Source of the DNA: an uncultured archaeon
GTDB taxonomy: Archaea; Iainarchaeota; Iainarchaeia; Iainarchaeales; 0-14-0-20-30-16
Direction of reading: 5' to 3'
DNA: 11,868 nt
Assembly (NCBI GenBank): GCA_964595665.1
Contig: CAZQQS010000019.1
Span: 1 to 11,868 of the forward strand
Each line of letters opens with the position of its first letter. The stretch's first letter is position 1. Shown here in pieces: positions 1-6,119 of the stretch. A model generated the notes under the pieces. It had not been told where the DNA came from, searched no databases, and saw only the letters and a program-made list of their open reading frames with translations. Both the position numbers and the translations under genes were made by a program.

Positions 1-749
1 TAATCTATATTTGAGTTATCAAAAACAAATTGCAAATTATTATCTTGTGGACAAGAATCTTCAAACCCTATAAAAGAATCAGTTAAAGTCAAATCAGAAT
101 TATTTATATTAATTATATTTAAATCTGAATTTAAGCCTAACACCCACGAATCAGAAGTAACATTATCTAATTCTTCAATAGTTAATACCCCTATATCTAA
201 ATCTGAAATTGAAATTAAATCACTATCAGAAGAGATTATAGATCCTGAAAAATTTAAATCTAAACTATCTACAGAATCCGAACCACCCGTATAAAATAAA
301 TTTAATAATTTTGCAGATCCATAAAAATTAGAATCTATAAAATTTATTTCTTGCAAATTAGAACTATTAATAATAGTTAATAACTGGGTATTAATCCCAT
401 TTTCTAAAGCGGTATAATTGTCAAAATTACAATTTTGCAAAGTTAATGAATTAATATCATGAAATGCAGGACTAGCATCAGCATTTGCAAAAAAACCACC
501 GTTAATATCTCCAGAAATACTATAATTGTCACAATCAATAATTATATTATCAACATCCTCAGACAAAATAAAACAAAATCCCAAAGTATTTACTAATTGG
601 TCAAAATTAACGTCAGTTAAATTTCCAGTTAACAATATTGGCACATCATTGTCGGCAGAGGTTATAGCACGACAATCATTAGCATAGATGCCAGTTAACA
701 AAAACACAAATCCAAATAAAACTAACCCTATCAATAAAAACTTATTCAC
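1..749 (-). CDS. Secreted right-handed parallel beta-helix (PbH1/NosD-like) repeat surface protein; N-terminal 249 codons only, 3' end runs off the window
   Basis: My own minus-strand translation gives 249 codons with no stop, which is very unlikely by chance in this AT-rich DNA. It reads (M)NKFLLIGLVLFGFVFLLTGIYA|NDCRAITSADNDVPILLTGNLTDVNFDQLVNTLGFCFILSEDVDNIIIDCDNYSISGDINGGFFANADASPAFHDINSLTLQNCNFDNYTALENGINTQLLTIINSSNLQEINFIDSNFYGSAKLLNLFYTGGSDSVDSLDLNFSGSIISSDSDLISISDLDIGVLTIEELDNVTSDSWVLGLNSDLNIININNSDLTLTDSFIGFEDSCPQDNNLQFVFDNSNID. The N-terminus looks like a signal peptide (K in the n-region, hydrophobic core, IYA-N cleavage-like site). After it come ~20-25-aa N/D/I/L-rich repeats and an 'ITLDC-N-x-x-ISG'-like start typical of beta-helix surface proteins. 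GTG at 749-747 is the only canonical start after an in-frame TAA at 761-759, and AAGGTGAT lies 3 nt upstream. The ORF is absent from the track, presumably because it is edge-truncated. Confidence 0.7.
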   Translation of the reverse strand, partial: MNKFLLIGLVLFGFVFLLTGIYANDCRAITSADNDVPILLTGNLTDVNFDQLVNTLGFCFILSEDVDNIIIDCDNYSISGDINGGFFANADASPAFHDINSLTLQNCNFDNYTALENGINTQLLTIINSSNLQEINFIDSNFYGSAKLLNLFYTGGSDSVDSLDLNFSGSIISSDSDLISISDLDIGVLTIEELDNVTSDSWVLGLNSDLNIININNSDLTLTDSFIGFEDSCPQDNNLQFVFDNSNID

Positions 750-752
750 ATA

Positions 753-760
753 ATCACCTT
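753..760 (-). promoter_or_regulatory. Shine-Dalgarno-like AAGGTGAT upstream of the GTG start of the beta-helix protein gene
   Basis: The minus strand reads AAGGTGAT-tat-GTG. It is complementary to the conserved archaeal 16S 3' end (..GAUCACCUCC). GGTG is followed by 5 nt and then the start, the same geometry as at the ArgRS TTG (4818-4806). Confidence 0.5.
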
Positions 761-831
761 AATATATTTTGACCACATATAAAATACTATTAAACTATAT
801 AAATTTATCTAAATATACCAAAATTAAGATT

Positions 832-863
832 AAGTTCTTATTACTTTTCACATATTTTATAAT
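832..863 (+). promoter_or_regulatory. Putative BRE/TATA-type promoter for a leaderless rad50 mRNA
   Basis: Sequence AAGTTCTTATTACTT-N11-TATAAT-ATG. The 9-mer TTATTACTT starts exactly 26 nt before the ATG and there is no SD. The same 9-mer sits at the same distance before the PUA gene (5625-5633, ATG 5651). That spacing fits an archaeal TATA box about 26 nt upstream of a transcription start at or next to the start codon. Confidence 0.45.
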
Positions 864-3152
864 ATGCTTAAAAAACTTGTTTTAATTAATTGGAAAAGCC
901 ACAAAAACAACACAATAGAATTCAATACAGGATATAATGTATTTGTTGGGAATATTGGTTCGGGAAAAACAAGTATTTTTGATGCAATTGTTTTCGCATT
1001 ATTTGGCTCAACTCCAAATATAAATTCTCGAAAAATCTTATCAAAAGATGTAATTATGTCTAAGCCTTTAGAAGAGAATGAGGCACAAGTAATATTAGAA
1101 TTTGAGATTGATAATAAATTATATAAAATTGAAAGAACTATTTTTAAAAATAAAAGTTCACAAGCAAAAATCTATTTAGAAGATAAATTAATTAGAGGTC
1201 CTAAGCCTTCAGATGTAAATGAAGAAGTTGAAAAAATATTAAACTTAAATATAGACTTATTTATGAAAGCAAATTATGCAGAACAAAACTCTATAGACTA
1301 TTTTTTAAAAATGCCTGCCAATGAAAGAAAGATTTTATTTGATAATATTTTTGGCATATCTAAATACGATAATTTTGCAAATAATGCTAAGCAAACAAGC
1401 AATAAATTAAAAATTAAATTAGATGAATTAATTAGTAAAAACACAGAATATAATAATTTAGTAGAAAATTATAATTTAAAAGAAATAACTGATAAAATTG
1501 ATTTATTAAAAAATGAAAATGACAAAACTAAATTAGAAAGCGTAGATATTAAGACAAAAATTAATGAATTAAAATTAAAAGAAACTAATATGCTTGCAAG
1601 CAAAACTAATTTTGAAAATAAAACAAATTCTTTAAATAACATCTTAGGAAAACAAAATTATTTAGAAAAAATAATTAAAGAAAGTAAATCCGAAATTAAA
1701 ATAGAAGAAATTGATGTTAATTTAAACACCTTAAAAACTAAAGAATTTTCATTATTAAAAGAATACAATATATTGGAAACAGAGCTTAACAATATTAAGA
1801 ATAAGAACTATTTCTATAAATCTAAGATAGAAGAAATTGATAAAAAGTCTAAAGAATTATTAAAAATTAAAGAATTATTAGAAAATATTCCCGAAGATAT
1901 AAATAATATAGTGAACAAATTAGTTACAAATATAGAAAATATAAAAGAAGAATTTACTAAAAATACTGAAAAGATTAATAATTTAGACCAAGAATTAAAG
2001 ATATTAGAAAAAGAACATTCTAATTGCCCTTTATGTAATTCTGAATTATCTAGTAATCATAAAACTGAAATAATTGAAAGAAAGAATAAAGAAATATTAA
2101 ATCTAAATACTAAAAATAATGCGATAAAAGAAACATTAAGTGCCTTAAAATTAGAATACGAGTTAAAAAATAAACAAAGAGAGAATTATAATAAAAATAT
2201 AGAATATTTTAAAGTATTGAAAACAGAAAGCTTAGATTTAGACAAATATTCTAAATTATTAAATGATAATCTAATTATTGAAAAGAATTATAATGACAAA
2301 TATCAAAAATTAAAAATAGATTTAGAAGATATTAAAAAACAAATTAATGAATTAAATAATAATAAAAATAAAATATTAGATTTGGAAAATAAAAAACAAG
2401 ATTTGCAAAATATTGAAAAACAAATCATAACTTTAAAAGAAGAATTAAGAACTATTAATTTCTTACCTGAGGAATATTTAAAAATTAAAGAACTATTGCA
2501 AAAAAATGTCAGTGAAAACTCATTTAGAGATACTTTAATAATTGAAAGAGAAAAACAGATTAAAGAAGAAGAATTTAAATTAGAACAATACAATAAAATT
2601 AAAGAAAAGCAAGATTATAATAAAAAAGAAATAGATTTATTAAAGAATTTCATAGAAGATCTAATAATTTATGGAAATATAGCTAAAAAAACTCAAGAAC
2701 AAATTAGAGAGCAAATTGTTTCTAGTGTAAATGATATTTTTATGGATTTGTGGCAAAATATATACCCTTATAAAGATTTTCAAAAAGTAAAATTCAATAT
2801 TTCTGAAGGGGATTATAAAATAGAATTAGAATTTGATAGAGAATACAAAAGAGAATTAGATGAGTTTGTTTCTGGAGGCGAAAGAAGCGCCATAGCTTTA
2901 ACTTTAAGAATTGCAATGTCTTTAGTAATGAAGAATAAACTAAATTTAATTGTTTTAGACGAACCAACTCATAATTTAGATAAATTAACAGTATCAAAAC
3001 TTTCTGAATTATTTAATAATTATTTACCACAATTCATGGATCAAATATTTGTAATAACTCATGATAACAATTTAGAAGAAAACGCACAAAACGTCTTTTA
3101 TATTCAAAGAAACAAAGAAGAAGATTCCCCTAGTGAGATTAGGGTTAAATAA
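864..3152 (+). CDS. rad50: Rad50 DNA double-strand-break repair ATPase (SMC-like, zinc-hook type)
   Basis: Walker A GNIGSGKTS (948-974); Q-loop AEQNSID; central zinc hook CPLC (2025-2036, about aa 388 of 762) flanked by long K/E/N/L-rich coiled-coil sequence; ABC signature SGGER (2871-2885); Walker B LIVLDEP (2946-2966); H-loop VITHD (His 3060-3062). The N-terminus, hook region (HSNCPLCNSELSSNHK) and C-terminal head are collinear with archaeal Rad50 as I recall it (for example the Pyrococcus KCPVCGRELTDEHR hook). Confidence 0.93.
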   Translation: MLKKLVLINWKSHKNNTIEFNTGYNVFVGNIGSGKTSIFDAIVFALFGSTPNINSRKILSKDVIMSKPLEENEAQVILEFEIDNKLYKIERTIFKNKSSQAKIYLEDKLIRGPKPSDVNEEVEKILNLNIDLFMKANYAEQNSIDYFLKMPANERKILFDNIFGISKYDNFANNAKQTSNKLKIKLDELISKNTEYNNLVENYNLKEITDKIDLLKNENDKTKLESVDIKTKINELKLKETNMLASKTNFENKTNSLNNILGKQNYLEKIIKESKSEIKIEEIDVNLNTLKTKEFSLLKEYNILETELNNIKNKNYFYKSKIEEIDKKSKELLKIKELLENIPEDINNIVNKLVTNIENIKEEFTKNTEKINNLDQELKILEKEHSNCPLCNSELSSNHKTEIIERKNKEILNLNTKNNAIKETLSALKLEYELKNKQRENYNKNIEYFKVLKTESLDLDKYSKLLNDNLIIEKNYNDKYQKLKIDLEDIKKQINELNNNKNKILDLENKKQDLQNIEKQIITLKEELRTINFLPEEYLKIKELLQKNVSENSFRDTLIIEREKQIKEEEFKLEQYNKIKEKQDYNKKEIDLLKNFIEDLIIYGNIAKKTQEQIREQIVSSVNDIFMDLWQNIYPYKDFQKVKFNISEGDYKIELEFDREYKRELDEFVSGGERSAIALTLRIAMSLVMKNKLNLIVLDEPTHNLDKLTVSKLSELFNNYLPQFMDQIFVITHDNNLEENAQNVFYIQRNKEEDSPSEIRVK

Positions 3153-4808
3153 TTACATTCTTTCCAATAATTTTATACCCATTATTTTAGCAACGTCTTC
3201 GAATACTAATTTCATTTTACTATATAAGAAGTATCTATTAGCAATCTCTTCATTGTTTTCTGTAATGAATTTTATGTTCGAGTAAGTGGTATTAAAATTA
3301 TTTGCTAAATCAGTAATATAAGTTACTAAAAAATGTACACTTTCTTTATCTATTGCTTCTTGTAATTTATCAGGATATTTTAAAATAATTCTTACTAAAT
3401 TTAATTCTTCATCTGTAAAGATATTCTCTAAACAACTAATTTCTTTAAAATTAGTTTCTTTCATTTTCTTTAAAACAGAACAAATTCTCGCGTAAGTGTA
3501 AAGGATATATGGTCCAGAATTACCTTCAAATGATAAAGAGGAATTAATATCAAAAACAAATTCCTTTTTTGCATCATATTTTAAAATAAAATATCTTAAT
3601 GCCGCATCACCAATAACTTTAGATTTATTTATTAAATTCTCACTCGCATCAAGATTTTTTTCTTTCAATACATCCAATGCCTTTTCTCTAACCTCATTAA
3701 TTAAATTATCTGCATCCACTACAGTTCCTTCTCTACTCTTCATTTTTCCAGAAGGTAAAGATATCATACCATAGCTAAAGTGTTCCATTTTATTTGCAAT
3801 TTCTGGATATCCTAAAACAGCAACTATTTTAATTAATTTAGAAATATATTCATTTTGTTCTGAACCAATAACATAAATACTTTTATCTAAATTAAATTCA
3901 TCAAATTTTAATTTTGCTAAATAAATATCTTGTGTAATATAAATGCTTGTTAAATCTTTTCTCAAAACAACTTTGTAATCTTCTTTTTTATCACTTAATT
4001 TTACTAAATAACCTAATTCGTTATCTAAAATAACTTTTCCATTCTTGTAAGCATCCAAAATAATTTCTTTTCCATTTTTATAAATATCAGATTCATAATA
4101 AACTTTATCAAATTTTAATCCTAATTCTTTAAATGTTTCGTCCATCCCATTTATGGCCCAAGTTTTCATTTTTTGCCATAATTCCAAAGTTTCTTTGTCA
4201 CCAGATTCCCATTTTTGTAATAATAATTCAGCTTCTTTAATTATTTCAGGGTTTTCTTTTTCAGCATTAGAATAAAGAACATAACAATCTCCTACAAAAA
4301 AATCAGATTTTCTATTTGCTTGTTCTGGACTCTTAAATTCAGAATATTTTAAATATCCTAACATAGATTTACAAATATGTATTCCTCTATCATTAATTAA
4401 ATCAGCCCTTATAATAGAATATTTCTTTTCTAATAAATTTGATAAAGATTGGCCTAAAAGCATATTTCTAACATGCCCTAAATGTAATGGTTTATTGGAA
4501 TTTGGGCTAGGAAATTCTAACATTATTTTTTTATTCTCTTTTTCCAAGTCTAAACTAAAATTGTTTAATAAGTAAATTCTATCTAATAAGATATTTATGT
4601 AACTATTAACAAAATCTACTTTTTTAATTAATTTATTTTGTAATAGTTTTTCTTTAAACGATTCAAAATCTAAATTTTTATTAGAAATAAAAATAGAATT
4701 AGCATAATCATATTCATTTAATTTTGATTCATTAGTAGTTCTTTCAATTAGTTGTTTTTCAATATTCTCTAATGAATTATAAATTAAATCAACGATTATT
4801 TTTTTCAA
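3153..4808 (-). CDS. argS: Arginyl-tRNA synthetase (class I); start probably TTG at 4808 rather than the track's ATG at 4886
   Basis: HIGH motif HLGH in PSPNSNKPLHLGHVRN (4473-4484); KMSKS-equivalent GKMKSREGT (3732-3746); DALR anticodon-binding region GDAALRYFILKY...GPYILYTYARICSVLKK; family-typical C-terminal ...ERM. The ATG at 4886 would put 70 nt inside the aIF-1A coding region and add a non-conserved MEIFAFASSKIEIYG... extension. The in-frame TTG at 4808-4806 has AGGTG (4818-4814) 5 nt upstream and lies just past the aIF-1A stop. Confidence 0.9.
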   Translation of the reverse strand: MKKIIVDLIYNSLENIEKQLIERTTNESKLNEYDYANSIFISNKNLDFESFKEKLLQNKLIKKVDFVNSYINILLDRIYLLNNFSLDLEKENKKIMLEFPSPNSNKPLHLGHVRNMLLGQSLSNLLEKKYSIIRADLINDRGIHICKSMLGYLKYSEFKSPEQANRKSDFFVGDCYVLYSNAEKENPEIIKEAELLLQKWESGDKETLELWQKMKTWAINGMDETFKELGLKFDKVYYESDIYKNGKEIILDAYKNGKVILDNELGYLVKLSDKKEDYKVVLRKDLTSIYITQDIYLAKLKFDEFNLDKSIYVIGSEQNEYISKLIKIVAVLGYPEIANKMEHFSYGMISLPSGKMKSREGTVVDADNLINEVREKALDVLKEKNLDASENLINKSKVIGDAALRYFILKYDAKKEFVFDINSSLSFEGNSGPYILYTYARICSVLKKMKETNFKEISCLENIFTDEELNLVRIILKYPDKLQEAIDKESVHFLVTYITDLANNFNTTYSNIKFITENNEEIANRYFLYSKMKLVFEDVAKIMGIKLLERM

Positions 4809-4816
4809 GAAAACAC

Positions 4817-5143
4817 CTATACTGGTAAAGTATCTAATTGTCCCATAGATTTCAATTTTTGAACTTGCAAAGGCAAATATCTCCATACCACATCGTACTT
4901 GCCATCATCATATTCTCTTTTTTTAATTATGATAATATCATTATCTTTTATAAAAATTCTATTTCTCATCTTTCCTGGAATTCTTGCGGGTCTTTCTACT
5001 CCGTCTTCACACATTACTTTTATATATTCTGCACCAGTTAAAATTGTTACTAATGCAAATTCCTCTTCGGGCCTATTAGGTAATCTTATCCTAAATTCTT
5101 GGTTAGGATTAGCATTTTGAAATTTGTTATAAATAAAAACCAC
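4817..5143 (-). CDS. eif1a: Translation initiation factor aIF-1A (S1/OB-fold)
   Basis: RIRLPNRPEEEFALVTILTGAEYIKVMCEDGVERPARIPGKMRNRIFIKDNDIIII...YDVVWRYLPLQVQKLKSMGQL matches the aIF-1A/eIF-1A core pattern (R.P......G.V...LG......V.C.DG..R...IPGK.R.RIW...GD.V.V......K.DI..RY...QV..L). Size is 108 aa. The GTG start lies 1 nt after the aIF-2 beta stop, and its exact position is uncertain. Confidence 0.88.
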   Translation of the reverse strand: MVFIYNKFQNANPNQEFRIRLPNRPEEEFALVTILTGAEYIKVMCEDGVERPARIPGKMRNRIFIKDNDIIIIKKREYDDGKYDVVWRYLPLQVQKLKSMGQLDTLPV

Positions 5144-5144
5144 C

Positions 5145-5561
5145 TCAAAGTTTTCTTACAGGGTTCATTGCACCACAAGCATCACACTTTAATATAACTA
5201 CACCCTTTTCTAAAATAATTCTAGTTTCTGGTTTATTACATTGAGTACACATTAAAAACTCTTCAATATATCTCTTATAAATTTGTGAAATCTTGTATGA
5301 ATTTACCATACCGTTTAATATTATTTTTGCATTATCTGTAGTTGCAGGTAATCCAGTTTCTTTAATGAAAAACTTCATAAAGTGTTGAATATCTCTTTTT
5401 AACTCCTTAACTACTGCCCCAGCATTCTTTAAAATAGTCTTCTTTCCTTGAATTTGGTTTTCTAAATCAGGGATAGAAAATCGCTCGTGCTCTACATTAA
5501 TATTTGCCAATTGAGCTTTGGCCCTACTTAATAATTTATCATAATCCATAATTTCTTGCAT
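5145..5561 (-). CDS. eif2b: Translation initiation factor aIF-2 beta subunit
   Basis: At 138 aa it has the typical size. N-terminal DYDKLLSRA, central RD.QH.MKF..KE.G..A, and a C-terminal C4 zinc ribbon [26 protein letters not shown] are collinear with archaeal aIF-2 beta. An SD-like GAGTGAT (5572-5566) lies 4 nt upstream of the ATG at 5561. Confidence 0.92.
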   Translation of the reverse strand: MQEIMDYDKLLSRAKAQLANINVEHERFSIPDLENQIQGKKTILKNAGAVVKELKRDIQHFMKFFIKETGLPATTDNAKIILNGMVNSYKISQIYKRYIEEFLMCTQCNKPETRIILEKGVVILKCDACGAMNPVRKL

Positions 5562-5618
5562 TTATATCACTCTTATATATAATTCTATAGAAGTGCTTTT
5601 AAATTTGCCTTTAAAGAA

Positions 5619-5650
5619 AAGCTTTTATTACTTAAGCTGTTATATATAAT
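5619..5650 (+). promoter_or_regulatory. Putative BRE/TATA-type promoter for a leaderless PUA-polB-map transcript
   Basis: Sequence AAGCTTTTATTACTT-N11-TATAAT-ATG. It matches the rad50 upstream region at 13 of the first 15 positions and at the last 6 positions, with identical spacing (the 9-mer starts 26 nt before the ATG). No SD is present. Confidence 0.45.
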
Positions 5651-6115
5651 ATGCCTAATATAAAACAATTAAATAATAAAGAAAGTAAGGAAATTTTATT
5701 AAAATTTTTAGATTATAATGCTAATATTAAAGAAACTAGGTTTGAGATCTTAGATGCTAAAATAAGATTATTATTATGCAATAAAAAAGCAATTGGGTTT
5801 TACTATAAAGATAAATTATACCCTAGCTTAAAAACAATCTTAGACTATAATATTAAATTACCTCAGATCTATTTGGATTTGGGGGCCATTCCATTTATAA
5901 CAAAAGGTGCAGATTTAATGAGACCAGGGGTAAAAGATTTAGATAATTTTGAAAAGGATACTTTAATAATTTTAAAAGATGCAACTCATAAAAAAGAATT
6001 AGCTTTGGGAATTGCAGAATATTCTTCAAATGAAATAAAAACTATGGACAAAGGAAAGGTTGTGAAAACAATTCATTACATTGGCGACCTAATTTGGAAT
6101 TACGGAAATAAGTGA
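5651..6115 (+). CDS. PUA-domain RNA-binding protein, archaeal Tma20/MCT-1-like (COG2016 type)
   Basis: The C-terminal PUA signature DLGAIPFITKGADLMRPGV....KDTLIILKD..HKKELALGIAEYSSNEIKTMDKGKVVKTIHYIGDLIW matches the archaeal pre-PUA+PUA protein pattern (MGA.KFV.NGADVMAPGI ... G.A.K..HY.GD.IW). Size is 154 aa. Confidence 0.8.
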   Translation: MPNIKQLNNKESKEILLKFLDYNANIKETRFEILDAKIRLLLCNKKAIGFYYKDKLYPSLKTILDYNIKLPQIYLDLGAIPFITKGADLMRPGVKDLDNFEKDTLIILKDATHKKELALGIAEYSSNEIKTMDKGKVVKTIHYIGDLIWNYGNK

Positions 6116-6119
6116 GAAT

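Noticed and set aside
2303-2593. 96-aa minus-strand ORF antisense to rad50
   Set aside because: It is a low-complexity F/L/S/I/N-rich translation typical of the antisense strand of K/E/N-rich AT-rich coding DNA. It has no motif and lies entirely inside a confidently called gene.
2794-2997. 67-aa minus-strand ORF antisense to the rad50 C-terminal head
   Set aside because: Same reasoning. It overlaps the conserved signature and Walker B coding region of rad50 and has no recognisable features of its own.
864-3152. The SMC-like ATPase could belong to a defence system (Lamassu, Wadjet or Gabija-like) rather than being Rad50
   Set aside because: The CxxC zinc hook at the coiled-coil apex, the Rad50-type head motifs and the absence of partner nuclease or kleisin genes all argue for genuine Rad50.
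4838-5120. Two plus-strand ORFs (67 and 73 aa) antisense to aIF-1A
   Set aside because: They are hydrophobic, low-complexity antisense translations nested in a conserved gene, with no SD or promoter-like context.
5617-5626. Perfect 10-nt palindrome AAAAGCTTTT in the divergent promoter region, a possible operator
   Set aside because: It is short and A/T-flanked, so it is expected fairly often by chance in this composition. It also overlaps the proposed BRE/TATA element, which already explains the sequence.
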